Below the pieces are notes generated by a model. The model saw nothing but the letters and a program-made list of their open reading frames with translations. It was not told where the DNA came from and ran no database searches. Of a DNA stretch of 64,000 nucleotides, positions 13,478-27,297 are shown one piece after another. Source of the DNA: Azolla caroliniana. Lineage: Eukaryota > Plantae > Polypodiophyta. The stretch is from NCBI GenBank assembly GCA_043228905.1, contig JBHGNT010000007.1, positions 9,982,001 to 10,046,000 on the forward strand, in the 5' to 3' direction. The position numbers and the translations under genes were made by a program. How positions within the stretch are numbered: the first letter of the stretch is position 1; every line of letters begins with the position of its first letter.

Positions 13478-14715
13478 TGATTGAGTGAGAGAGAGAGAGA
13501 GAATGATGATAACAAAAGATATATATTATGTTAAGAAAATATACAATAGTAGCTAGGAGGCTTAAGATTAGCGTTGAACCGATTTGGTTCGAAATAATGC
13601 CTTGTGCCTCCTTTTATAGTGTTCTCAAGAGTACTCCTGAATGTTCCAGAGAAATCTGGAATATACATCAATTTTCTATAGTAAAACATAAATGAAAATT
13701 AAATCCTTCGTATTATAACATATAGTGTAATGGTCAAGAGCTTGACCCATGTAACATAAGGTCATGGGTTCGAGTCTTGCCATATCATGAAACTATTGCC
13801 CCTTTAAAACAACGAGTGTCACGAGTCGTTTTGGATTGAGGACCCAGTTTGTCTGGATATTGACAATGGAAGTCTTCAAGAAGAGCACGAGCATTGGTCA
13901 CATTCTCTATTGGTTCCCAAGTATGCTCGTTGGGACTATATCCTAGCCAATCAACTAAATAGTAGAGCTTCTTGCGAACAATCTTGGAATCGAGGATGGC
14001 GGCAACCTCGTACTTAGGTCCATCTTCAAGTTCGATCGGGGGTGGAGGTTGTTTAATATGACCTGGGATGGTGCTGTCTTGATAGGGTTCGAGGAGAGAA
14101 CTATGAAACACCGAATGTATCCGAAGTTGTGGAAGTAGATCGAGACGAAAAGCAACATCATTAATTTTTCTGATAATACGGAAAGGACCTAATCACCGAT
14201 AATCCAACTTCTCGCATGGGAGAGTAGTCTTGATGTGTCATCATAGTAGCCATACCCGATCTCCAATGTTTAAACTAGATGGAAGCCGATGACAATCTGC
14301 GTGAACCTTGTGTGTTTGTTGAGCTTGTTGTAGATGAGTAGATAAATATGCTTGTATCTTGCGTAACCGCTCCAAACGATCCTCTGCGCAAGGATTTGTG
14401 GGTAACTTTGGGGTTTCAAATACACACCACCGGGGGTGACAGCCCGTATAAGCATAAAATGGTGTAACCTTTGTCGATGAGTGGACAGAGTTATTATATG
14501 CAAATTCAATGAACTGGAGAATATCCGCCTAGTCATCTAGATGATAACTTAGAAAGCACCGAAGATACCGCTTTAGTGTTTGATTTGTTCATTCTACTTG
14601 GCCGTCTGTTTGCGGGTTGTAGCCGGATGAGAGTTTACAAGTGACCTTGAGAATTTTAAAGAGGTGCTACCAGAATTTCGAGACGAACTAGGGTCCACAG
14701 TTGCTGATGATACGA
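13307..14715 (-). mobile_element. Chromovirus gypsy remnant (3' LTR 13307-13792, chromodomain, integrase C-terminus), same lineage as 1-3582
   Basis: Chromodomain ORF 13785-14111 (YEVAAILDSK...YLVDWLGY...TWEP); LTR homologous to 3130-3582 with expanded (GA)n at about 13404-13502. Confidence 0.9.
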
Positions 14716-15076
14716 TCGGGAGAGACCAAAGATGATACGAGGATGTTTGTCTACTATAATGGTTTAAGTATAACATTTGGAATCATTTCATTATTTATTT
14801 AACTAAACTTCAATAACGAAATGGAAATTTATAGATATAATCAAAGATACATTATGGATGTTAAACAAACATAAATGGGCATTGGATGTAGATGGTAGGA
14901 TTCAAACCTACACAAACAAACCCACTATAATGGTTTAACTATAACATTTGAAATCATTTCATTATTTATTTAACTAGACTTCAATAATGAAATGGAAATT
15001 TATGGATATAATCAAAGATACATTAGGGATGTTAAACAAACATAAATGGGCATTGGACATGCTATACATGCATATT

Positions 15077-15157
15077 TGTAGATGGTAGGATTCAAACCTA
15101 CACAAACAAACCCAGATGATTTCTAGTCATGCCCGGTAACCACTTATGCACATCCAC
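15077..15157 (-). pseudogene. tRNA-Ser(AGA) pseudogene
   Basis: Reverse complement GTGGATGTGCATAAGTGGTTACCGGGCATGACTAGAAATCATCTGGG...GGTTTGAATCCTACCATCTACA resembles plant cytosolic tRNA-Ser(AGA); anticodon loop intact, D arm and B box mutated. Confidence 0.75.
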
Positions 15158-15595
15158 ATCAAATTTAAGCGGTTGAAAGAGGAGAAGGGAGAGAGAAATA
15201 TAGAGATTTTTATCATTTTGAAATCAAATATCAACTATAAGACCAAGGTGGTTGTCTTCCACAATGTTTAACTTTAACTTGTGAAATAGTTCATTGATTT
15301 TAGAGAAACATATAAAATTCTATGATGTGATTCAAGATTTCAATAACAAAATGAAAATTTAGAGAATTATCTTGTTGACATCAGATGTCATCTCTAACAC
15401 AAAATTTTACACCAAGATAGTTGTTCGCCACAATGGTTTAACTTTAACTTTTGAAATCATTTCATTCATCTAAAATAAATATATGAAGTTCCATTAGTCG
15501 ATTCTAGAATGCATTAACAAGATGAAAATTAATGGATGTGACCGAAGGTACATTGGGGTTGTAAAGGAAACAAATGGGCATTGTACACACATATT

Positions 15596-15676
15596 CACGA
15601 ATGGTAGGATTCGAACCTATGCAAGTGAACCCACATGATTTTTCGTCATACTCAATAACAACTCCGACACATCCAC
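15596..15676 (-). pseudogene. tRNA-Ser(AGA)-derived pseudogene, second copy
   Basis: GTGGATGTGTCGGAGTTGTTATTGAGTATGACGAAAAATCATGTGGG...GGTTCGAATCCTACCATTCGTG; B box intact, anticodon mutated. Confidence 0.7.
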
Positions 15677-16139
15677 ATGTAAAAAGGAATCGAATGAAAT
15701 TTTTTAAAGGGAGAAAGAGATTACTATTGTTGTTTTGAAATAAAAAATCATCTATAAGACCAAAATGGTTATCTTCCACAAATTGTTGAAATACATGTTA
15801 GATAGGTAAGAAGGGGTAACATGAAAGTAATGTGATTGTTTGAATTGTCTCCATGACTACATATATGAGATGTGGTCTAGTTGTTGAGGGAAGACGTATC
15901 TTTGAAATCAATTATCATCAATAAGACCAAGATGGTTATCTTCCACAATTTGTTGAAATACATGTTAGATAGGTAAGAAGGGGTAACATGAAAGTAATGT
16001 GATTGTTTGAGCGGTCTCGGTGACCACATATATGAGATGTGGTCTATTTGTTGAGGCAAGACATATGTTTGAAAAACTTCCTTTCCACCATCTAGTATCT
16101 TAGTCTTCATAAATTGGGAGAGTATGTCCAACAATGGCA

Positions 16140-17210
16140 ATTTCATGAATCATTGTGATGTTTTGAAGAGATGAAGGATGATAGTATTTGCATGGATGCT
16201 ATAACCTTCACTTCCATTTCAAATGCCATTTTTTGGGATATTCTTGAGAAAGGTGATGCAAAAGAGCATATGTATGGACATGAAAACCATGGAAATCTCA
16301 AAGGAAAAGCCATTGTTTACAACATCGTAGAAAAGGAGAGTTCGAGCATGGAGTTTCCAATGAAGAAAGATGTATTTGACATGCAACCTCAACAAACAAA
16401 GATGACATGAATCTTTGGATGGATAATCATGAGATAAAGCTTTTTATGGAGAAATATGGCAATGTTACTAAGTGTTTCATTGTGAAGGATGGTTGCATAA
16501 TACATCTTTCCCCATGGGGAAAGATGCTATGGAACTTCCAGGGGCAAATATGGTTTTGATATGACGATAGATGATTAAACATGGAGCTTTCTATAGAGAA
16601 GCATTGTTGCGACATGAAGTTTTCAACGTAGAAAGATATAGGCACATGGATTGTTGGATAACCCCACCATAAAAACTTTGATTTGTGTCAGGAAATGCAA
16701 GACAATAGTCATTCTCTGAACGTGGTTACATATTCTTGCATTTGAAAGGTTGTGCTAGCATAGGATCAATTGAGAATGGAGAAGAAATACATGGTGAGAT
16801 CAAAAGGCAAGGTTTATTAGCAAAACCCACAACACTCGGGACTGCATTGATAGATATGTACACAAAATAAGGCATCGTCATTATCTCTCGCAAAACCCAA
16901 CAACTTAGCTAAGATCTTGATTCCCTTGTTAGAAGTTTCTTGGGATCTACTTCGGTGTTGGTTGGACTGCTGTATTGATAACAAGGTATTGTTGGCTATG
17001 AATACGTTACGTGTTATAGTTGAATTGATTAGAGTATATTTCGACATGTTCCTTGGGTAAAGTTCAAGGATCATTCTCAATGGGAGATGGGTGACGAGAC
17101 TAGTCGAGTATGCACATTTTGGCGTAGGCAAGTTTTCGGGAATCCAAGAGGGTATCACACTTCGATATGATGATGCTCTGCATTTACGACATACCATGCT
17201 TTTGGGTACA
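16140..17210 (+). pseudogene. PLS-class PPR gene relic
   Basis: Manual translation of about 16712-16873 gives VVTYSCILKGCASIGSIENGEEIHGEIKRQGLL...LGTALIDMYTK*G (L/S PPR motifs); FEEMKDDSICMDAITF near 16160; many stops and frameshifts; boundaries approximate. Confidence 0.75.
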
Positions 17211-17225
17211 AAACTTGAACTCGAC

Positions 17226-17300
17226 CCAAACCAAACCAAACCAAACCAAACCAAACCAAACCAAACCAAACCAAGCCAAGCCAAGCCAAGCCAATCCAAC
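17226..17300. repeat. (CCAAA)n/(CCAAG)n pentanucleotide microsatellite upstream of the PPR-SMR gene
   Basis: Directly visible. Confidence 0.9.
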
Positions 17301-17421
17301 CCAACATTCAATCGTTAGTTAATGCACCAAGTTCCTCTCTCAAATTGTCGTTAGTAAAAGTAAAGTTCCTCACTCGAGAACTTCTCTCTCTCTCTCTCTC
17401 TCTATCCATTCGTGACTGGCC

Positions 17422-20400
17422 ATGGCAAGCTTCTTCACAAACGTCTCCTCTTCTTCTTCTTCGTCTTCTCTGTGCAGAAAACACAGACAATATTCACCTC
17501 AATCCATTACTTCTTCTTCTTCCTCTTTCTTCTTCTTCTTCGCGTCTCTGCGGAAACCGCACCTCATCTCCTCCTCTGCAATATTTAATGTTGGATTTCC
17601 TCATCATCCTAGACCAATAAAGAATCATGAAAGGGCAAAGAAACTCACGCCTTGTTCCGCTACCACTAGTACAACAGTCGAATCAGAATCAGAAGCAGTC
17701 GGTCTGGACGAAGAGGCTGTGGTTCCTGAAGATCGCCATAGCTTCTCTATTCGGCTTCCGCCTCACCTCTCCCACCTCTCAGGACTCGTCTCTGAGCTGT
17801 CTAGCCATGGTGCGGACGTGGCTTCCTCTCTCGAACCATGGCGAGAAACGCTGTCCTTTCCCGAGTGGAACGCTATCGTTTCCCGTTTCGGTGATTCAGA
17901 CTGGACCCTATCGTGGAAATTGCTCGAAATATTTCGAGAGAAAGTTAACGTTTCGGATTTGATTCGTACCCGACAAAGAAGTGGGACCATAGAAGAACGA
18001 GAGGCGACGGAAATGAATGTTGAAAATAACTTGGAATCGTTTCCAGATAAGGTTGTTCAGGAAACGAAGCTTCTGGCAGCAAAAGAAGACGAGGATGAAG
18101 AAGAGTCACAAAATTCTCAGACAAAAGCAGAATCAACAACGGCACCAGAATCAGAATCAGAATTGGAATCTTCTCCAGACTATGTGTACAATAAGGATTC
18201 TTTGAACCTGAAGCTTCAAAGAACACTCCTAAAAGCTCTTCTGAGAAACAAGAAGTTCGAAGAAGTGGATAAATTACTATTTGTGATGAAAGAGTCAGGA
18301 GTAGAACGTGATGATAGATTCTACTATACTCTGTTGGATGCTTATGCTGATTCTGGTCGGACGTTTGAGGCAGCTCAAATTTTAAACGAGATGAAGAAGG
18401 AAGGAATTGAGCCTCGACAATTTCTTTATGAAAAGGTTAGTTGCATAAACTCTTCAGATTTTTCAATTCCTTTACTTATCACGTTTTCTGCCTTTCTTTA
18501 CTATGTTTACTTCATAGTATGTGTGTATGCATGTGTGTTTCACTTAGATTATTATGTCTATGTTCTTGTGTGTGTGTGTTTCGTTTAGATTATTATACAT
18601 ATGTATGCTACTCCTTTGTGCTTGTGTGTATGCATGTATATGTGGATTTTATGTTTAATTCTCAGCATTAGCAGGAGAGAGAGAGAGGTGTGCCTTTATA
18701 CGTACATGCATCATGCATGAAGTATGGATTTTATATTTAATTTTCTCAGTTGTAGAGTAAAACTGAATAGATTTTTTATGAACCAATAGGAGTTTTTATT
18801 ATCCACAAGGAGGCCAATTTTAACCTATGGGACCAAAAGAAATATGGATTTTATGTTTAATTTTCTCAGTTGTAGAATAAAATAGAATAGATTTTTTATG
18901 ATCCAATAGGAGTTTTTATGATCCACAAGGAGGTCAATTTTAACCTATGGGACTAAAAGAAATATGGATTTTATGTTTCTTTTCTCAGTTGTAGAATAGA
19001 ATAGCATAGATTTTTTATGATCCAATAGGAGTTTTTATGATCCACGAGGCCAATTTTAACCTATGGGACCAAATTGGATTGGGTTTGGTCGAAGATGTGT
19101 GGAAAGCATAGTTAGATGTGATCAACGGTAGAGCATTGTATCAAAATGTGATACTCAGACTCCGGAACGTCTTTAGTCGACTACTCCATCACTAATGCCC
19201 CAACCCATGTCTCATATCTTAGTGAGTGTGAGCTAAGTTATAAGGATCCACTTGTTAGGATGACAAACAATGATGTGTGTGGTTTCCCCCGGTGAACAAC
19301 ATGATTTTATAGTCAGGTGCAACATATGTAGTATGATGTGTGAAGCGTGAGCCTCCACATTTTTCCCATGTCATGATTCATTGGCGTTGCAAAAAGGCCT
19401 CATTCATAGAGGAATCTATTGATGCATCATGAAGCAAGTGTGTTGCATCCCATCTTCCAAACCATTTTTCCATATCTTGCATCCAATTGGAACACAATTT
19501 TGCTTTTATTTGTTTTTTGGATTGTTTTGCTTATTTCCCATGTGAGTCTTGGAAGTCAATGTGGGGACTTTTTGGAACCTTAAGCATTTATTCGACAACC
19601 CTTTCCATAACCATGATGTCGATGGGAAGTGATACCATCTCAAGAAGTAGGAGGGTGTATGGGCATTTGTTTCTTGACTTGGATAAACATTGTAAGAAAA
19701 TGCTTTTGGACATTTTCAAACTCTTTCCAAGTGGACTTAGGGATACTGCCGCCTCATACTTCCACTCCGTAGAGAAGAAGCACCGGTGTCACCAAAGTGT
19801 CGAAAAGGTATTTGTTCAGGGCCCAACACTTACTTCTCCAATATTGCATGTGTTCTCAAAGGCATAATATGCTCTCTTTCCCATCTCTAGGTGGTGGGTA
19901 GCACATTCATTCCATTTATGATTTGAAGTTACTATAAGGCCAAGATATTTAAAGCTTTCCATATTTTCAAGTGGCTCATTATTGTACATAATGCAAGGTT
20001 TATCCTTATCTTGGCTCTTCACAAGCATAATATTTGCTTTAGAGCAATTGACACTTAATTGTAACCCACATCATCTACATACAACAAAAGCATGATGACC
20101 ACATTCCCAATGACAAATTCTTCACGACCTTCGCCCTTTACAAACTTGGCAATAATTTGTTCTGAATCATGAATGTGGAGAACAAATAAATGGTGAGAGG
20201 GGCCATCCTTGCTTACCACTAGTAGTGCTATTAAAAGAAAATCTAAATTTATCTCCCATATGCACACAATGTATAATCTTCTCATAGATTTGGGCAATTG
20301 CAAGCATATATTCACTTGGCACCCCGAGTTCTTCCATAAGTCTCCAAAGATGAGCATGAGGTACCATATCAAAAGCTTTCTTGAAGTCTACTTAGTAACA

Positions 20401-23400
20401 ATACAAACCATTACCTCCCAAGCGACTATTTATACTTGAAGGGTGACAAGGTGATTGATGGTGCTATGGTGTTTTCGAAAGCCAACTTGTCCATGAACTG
20501 GCTTACCATTTTTTTCATTCCATGCACTTACATTTGGGAATGAACCAAAATAAGTATGACTAAATATTGGGTACAAAAGAATCTAGTTATCTAAGCACTT
20601 AAAGAATCTAATTATCTATGGTTACGTAATTACCTAGGAATCTAGTGAGAGAGATTTTATAATCAGCCTTGGAGGTCAAAATTGCTTCACAAAATGTCTT
20701 TGGAGCTGGAAAATGATTGTTGATGTTCAAGAATTTTAGTATCAAATGTTGGAGTTTAGAGTGCACATTGTGACTGAAGGAAATGTGTGCAAGGGAGAGT
20801 CTGCTTTGAAATGTCGGGAAGGCAAGCTTGAATGTGATTGAAGGCGGAGCATTGTAGTAGAGTGTGGTGCTTAGTCTTGTGAGCTTGTTTGGAGAAAAAA
20901 TATACATAATTGATCAGTCTCCTCACCAATGACCCAATTCCCTGTTCCACATCCAAGAGAATTGCGAGTTAAGATGTTTGGAAGAAAAAATATGGGTGTT
21001 GGACAAAGGGAAGAGCTCTATCATTTATGGTGAATATAGTTTGCTCGCTCAAAAAAGAAGACGTGTTTGCAGTTTGGTTGCATCGTATGTAATTTAATGT
21101 TAAAACATGAGCCTATACATTTGTCACACGCGGTGATTTATTCATGCGGAAAATTATACTGACAACATGCTGATTTGGAGGCTTGTCTGTTGTGGCAATA
21201 TGGTCTTGGGACCATTGGCCTATTTCCAATCCATGCAGAGCATGCAATGTCATCTTGTCTGAATTGAAGAGTTGTTGGGAGGAAGTTGCAAACTCATTCC
21301 AATTGGAGTTACGGATGCTACTGCTCCAATACCTCAGCCCAATAAAGAAACAATGGTGTCACCAAAGTGTCAAACAAGTAGAACTAAGGTTTGATTTTTC
21401 GTAAATTGCATATTTTTTCAAATGCATAGTAGCAGATATCCATATATTATTGAAGGGATTCTGAAGCCCAAGGTATTTGAGTCTTCTTTTCATTTCATGT
21501 GGCTCATTATTCTATGCGTTTATATTTATATATGTAGGTGTGTCACATGTATGTTGTTAATATCTTAGAGAAAGCAAGGAAGAAATTCTCAAAAAATATC
21601 TCATCAATATCTTTTCAACCACAGCAAGAACATGATAATTGCTATAATGTTTACTCGAAATAAGGGCGCCGATGAGAGAAGCATATATCTTAAGAGTTGC
21701 TATGGAAAACGTAAAAAAGTAATATGCATTGACATAGAAATAAGCTGAACCATCATCAAAGAAATTGTATTTTTGGCTATAGTATGTCATCTCCTAAGAC
21801 ATTTGGACATTGATGGAATCATACATGGGACCAATCTCTTCTTATTCAAAACACTTGTCCACTACTGAAGAAAGATATTGATGTATTGTATGTTAGGTGT
21901 AAAGGCCCGTAGTTCACAAGTGAGGTAATTATTCGTACATATGATCACATTGTTCACCTGGACAGGAAACCTCCTTTTGTAATGTGAACACACCTCTTTT
22001 GTTTTTTAAGGTTAACTAATATAATAACCTTTTTTCTTGTGTCCCAATCAAGGTGGTTGGGTACACCAAAAATCTGTGTGTCTCTACTCTCATCACTGCT
22101 ACAGTCCTGTTTGCTGAACATCATCCCTCAATAGCTGCTCCCTCAAACATCCCTCTTTACGTTTATTGTATTGAAAGATGTATCACATTTCCAATGAGAC
22201 ACAAAATTAGTTGAACAATATTTGTGAACACGTGGATGCACGTTTACACGTAGAATGATTGATGTGACAATGCATATTTGGTGTATGTGCCAATGCTGAT
22301 GTAGGAAAAGGTTTTGGGAAGCCACTTTAAAAGAAAGAAGAAAGAAAGATATACTAATGTCTTTTTAGAGTGAAAAATGGCCTACAAGATCAAACACGAG
22401 AGTACATCTTAAAATGTTGCCTCATCTATGAGAACAAACCAAAATAAATGTAACTAAGTAAAAAAGTAAATTGAAATAGAATTAAGACGTGACTAAAGAA
22501 TCTTGTCATCTATACATGTAAGATTGTCAAGTTAGATACATTGTGCTTATTGTCTTCGAAAGCTCTCTAGCATAGTCGATCCAGAATGGAGAGGTCTCTG
22601 AAGCGAGGGAAGCACCTGCAATGGCAGAAGATAATGGGCTTTATCTGTTGATGACAAGGGTGGTGAGATTGTGGTCCTCGTGGCCGTGGCCTATGTGCAT
22701 GACAAATTGGTATCACCTGATCTATTGTAACCCCGTTGCAATGTCCTAGTTGGGATCCCATTTGTATAGCTCTTGATTGACTTGTAGCATAAGTAGGAGT
22801 GATGGGGCTAAAGAAAGCTGTGATTGTTTTTTGTTGATGAGCTTGTGTGCTATGTTGTCTTTCAACTTCTCTTTGTGACTCTTCAGTTCTAGCAAGAAAA
22901 ATCCCAAGCACCATTGGTTCTCATTTTCCATTACCTTATGTAGTGGGCCAAATCTGCTGAAAGAGGCAATGGTTTCTCCCGCTTATTTCATACAAAACAG
23001 TGCAATGGCAAACATAGTTTTCTTCAGATTCCCTGATGACACAATTGGCAAATTCTTTCTTCTCAAGGTATTCGTGCATATCTGCCTACCTCAATCTCTA
23101 ACTGATGAGAAGTCCTCAGCTGCCCTATCACATTACGCGGCACGTAAGACAGATGTATGTCCATATAAGAGGGCCTGATGATGAATCCATCCTCGGATGT
23201 ATGGAAAATGTGTCTTATAGTGCGTCATCTTCCTACTAAGAGAAATTGTGGGACTATATCCATTTTATTTTGTTTTCTAACTTGATAATATCTGTTCAGA
23301 TCACTCTGTTCTTTTCCACTTTGGTGTTGTTTAGATGGGGACAATCCAAGATATATTGGAGAGGGGGCAGTGCATTTATGTTTATGCCATGTGATTCAAC

Positions 23401-26400
23401 TATAGTTGGGTTTCAGCATACCGACAATAAATGTCTCCATGTTTAGTAAGTTTTTTGATGACATAAGTCCCATCCTTGAGTACCTTTGTTTAGGTAGGTC
23501 CCAAAGCCATTGGATACTAGTCAATGATTGAAATAATACTAGTCATTGACTGAAAATCCCCTATGTTCTGGTTCATTGTGCACATGAGACCAAATTTGCA
23601 TTTAGATGCAACATCTTGTGTTTCTATATCTCCACCCTACTGTTGCTTCCTTAATGAAGCAACACTTGATCCATTCTAATTTGGTTGTTGTTGTGGTTGC
23701 ATTTTGTAAATGAGGACATCTACATCATCAATTTTAATATTTAGATCATAGAAATTATCTGTAGCAAAATATCATTTAATTTTTCATGCGATGAGAAAGT
23801 TTCATTTTTTGAAGCAAAAATTAAATATGGTTTGCGTTTTTGTTTGATCTCACAGGTTGCTCATGTTCAAATGAACCAAAAGAATGCTGATTTAGATCTA
23901 CCTAAGCAGATCATAAAGCAGTTGATAGAAAAAGGTGTACAAGTTAGCGTGGCTATCTTCCGAAACTTGCTGACAGCTCATTGGGAAGCCAGAGACACTG
24001 AAGGTGTGGAAGAGACCCTTGAATCAATGCTAGTTTCTGGTCACACTCCAATTTTGAAGGCATGCTCACTGATTCTTTTCTCATGTGAGTTATTAAGTAA
24101 TGGTTGAATTGAAGGCCCTGATGAACTGTAGACCATTTGCTGGTTCCTTTAGAACCCCAGAATATTATTCTCAGTAAAGTAAAATCCATTGGATTACTAA
24201 TAAAACTTGATCCCTAATAGAAGATTTTGTATATTTCATCATTTCTCACTTTCCATATGTCCAGAAAGCCTATTACATCCCCAATCCTGATGTGTAACAA
24301 CTCATCCATACAGAAAGGGAAGTTCATTGAGCTGAAACTGAAGTATGAAAAGCTTGGTACTCAACAAGGCTCTGAGGAGTTGTGATACATAAAATCCAGG
24401 AGAGTTGGCATCTTAGTCTCACATTGGTATCTATACATTATGTTATATTCAGGATCTCCACCTCATAAAAGGATATCATGATTTGGATTTCTTTGTAATA
24501 TTTTCTTCTCAATCTCCTGTAAAGTTACAAGGAGCATGCTCTGCAAATCTCCGTGGCTCTCGCTAGGCACAAAGTCAGTCTTTGAAGTCACTGAATACTC
24601 TGCATCTATGAAGTTGTGGGATATTGGGAACCTTAAAAGAGAATATTCAGAGGGTGGAAATAATCTGTAACCAGTCTTTATGTGGATCTCGGAATTTGCT
24701 GATTCTTTTATAGATATGCTTGTTGAGGTCTAATAGGAAGGGTTCAAGATTTCATGATTTCTGGATCTCGTAAGCTCTACAAGGGTCAGTTGTTTGCAGA
24801 AGAGGATGATATATCTGTCACTAATAGCTTGGTAGGAAGGCATTTACATCTGTATGTACTACTTTCATTCAAGTAACTTCTATGACAAAGTCCTCTTTCT
24901 GTATGCATGTTTTATACAGCATTTCACTAAGCCTTTCGTTGACAGTGAGATGTTTCAGTGTGACATTTTGAGGTTGAAATACTTCTAGTGGTGCTACACA
25001 TGATACCATCATAACATAGATACCCTTTTCCGGCTCATGGATACAAACTTTATGCAGGATTGTGATGAAACCTAATTTTAGTTAAATCCACCTCAAAGAG
25101 ATAATGTAAGCCAGGTTTTAGAATTTCATAATGTTCTCATTGGCTAGTGAATCACCTCTAGTCCATGTTATTCATGGTCATACTGTGTTATCTTGAATTC
25201 TTCTGTTTTTGACATGATATTCTATGTTCTTGTTCAGGATGTATTGAAGGTTATGCAACTTCATGGGAGGAGAGGCAATTATGAACGGATCCTCGAACTT
25301 ATAGAACGGATGTCTGAGTGGAACATTGAACCAAATGCTGGTGTCTATGATTATTTGATTCATGCTTACTGCAAAGCAGGCATAATGACTAAAGCTAAAG
25401 AGACATTCTTGAAGTTTGAAGAGGTAAATGAAATGTGCATATAGGCTGGCAAATAAATAGTACTTTAACGTTGTTCAAAGACAAATAGATGAGGTTGAAT
25501 ATTCGTTTGCACAGTTAGTAGTAGTTAGAACAGAGCAATTTTTTACAGTCTTGCAATGTATACTGTGAAAACGCGTAGCATCAGTGACTTTACATAATAT
25601 ATATTCTATTTTATATTTTGGTAAAGCAGGAAATTGATTATTTTGTTACCTGAGAGATGATGTTAGATTACAATATATATGGAACCCAAATATATTATAT
25701 GGCTTTGAAGTGTATTGACATAGAAGTGCTATCTATGATTGTTCAAGATGTCTTCATGGTAACTATACTTTACAGTTAGGTGTAGTTTTATTGTTTTCCT
25801 TAACATGCTGCCTATCTCATCCTTGGGATTTCTATTACAGTTGAAAATTTGTTTTTTCTCTCGTTATCATAGCCTAATCAGCCACTTTCTTTGGAGAGAA
25901 TCAGCAGCAGTTAGCATCTTGTGTAAGGTGTCAAAGCTTTTAAACAGCTCGCTGAGTCATTCAAGAGTGGCCATGGTACTTGCAGGTCAGAAAGTGGTTT
26001 CAAGCACATGGCTTAGATCCCTCAGTATCACATCTCCCTTGTACCCAGTCACGCTTAGACTATCATAGACAGATAAAGAAGATCAAATCCAGATGCTTCC
26101 ATGATGTCCACAAAAGAACAACCCAAATGACTATAAACTCTGCTGCATTCAATAGACGTTCCCAGTCCGACAGGTAATGGTATACAAATACCTATGATGG
26201 TTGGGATTGTTCTTGTGAGAACCCAAGAGACATAGAGAGAAGTTGTTAAAGAACAACAGTAAAACTACAATAGCTCATTGTAACTTCCTTTAGCTTCATC
26301 ACTCATGCTACAAGTCAATCAAGGTCTGTACAGGTAGAGTTTTGACCACATCATTTGAAATAGTCTATAACCAAAAGGTCAGGCAATAGTAATTTGTCGT

Positions 26401-27207
26401 GCACATCGGCTACATCTATCTTCGTAGTTCCATCTCCATTGCTGTCAACAAATAAAGGCCATTATCACCTGACACTGAACGCGCTTCCCTCACTTTGGAG
26501 GCCTCCTCCATATTCAATTGACTCATGTTGGAGATCTTTTAAAGGAAAAAGTTTCAGTTCATCTAATCTCTGAACATTAATTTTGGTTTTGCTTCTCAAA
26601 GATGAGATTATTTTAAGAGGTGATGTCACCCACTCAGTCTCGTAGACCACTCTGGCCTGTTAGAAGATGTTAATATATCATTCTTTCTTTATTCTCTTTA
26701 GAATGGTCATACCCAGCTCTTGTTCATTTACTTTATAAAAATGCCTTTTTTTTATTTCCACAGTTAGGCATCAGACCAACACCACTGTCTTTGAATATGC
26801 TCGTGGATGGGTATGGAAAGCAACGACTTCATGAGGAGGCGCTTGAAACATTTGAAAGTATTCGTAAGAATGGGTACAAGACAACAACTGTTAGTTACAG
26901 CTCCATTATCTCTGCTATGGCTCTTGTAGAAAAGTTTGATAAAGCAGAAGAGCTTTACAAAAGAATGGTGAAACAAAGAGTTCAACCCAATCTGCATACA
27001 TGTATCACGATGATTCGGTGTTATACAAAGCGCAACTTTACAAGAGATGGGCATAAGGTACAGTAACACTATATCATTTGTTTCTGACTGGAAGTTTGTG
27101 GAGAAATACCTCTCAGAGCACACCAAACGTGTCATAGAATTCTCAAACTACCTTTTGTATCTTTTAAAATTCCAAAAGCATTCCTCCCTACAATTTTCTC
27201 AATAAAT

Positions 27208-27297
<90 letters not shown>

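Larger units (their letters stand above)
14750..16060. repeat. Degenerate AT-rich tandem/segmental repeats containing tRNA-Ser relics
   Basis: ~175-bp unit repeated near 14752 and 14924; ~170-bp unit repeated near 15754 and 15921; recurring ATAAGACCAAG/ATGGTT...CCACAA motifs. Confidence 0.8.

Noticed and set aside
15077-15676. Functional tRNA-Ser genes
   Set aside because: Stems, D arm, B box or anticodon are mutated in each copy; called pseudogenes
16817-17311. 164-aa ORF with WFGLV repeats
   Set aside because: Derived from the (CCAAA)n microsatellite and antisense to the PPR relic
18436-18588. Hydrophobic C-terminus of ORF 17422-18588
   Set aside because: Read-through into intron 1 past the AAG|GTTAGT donor
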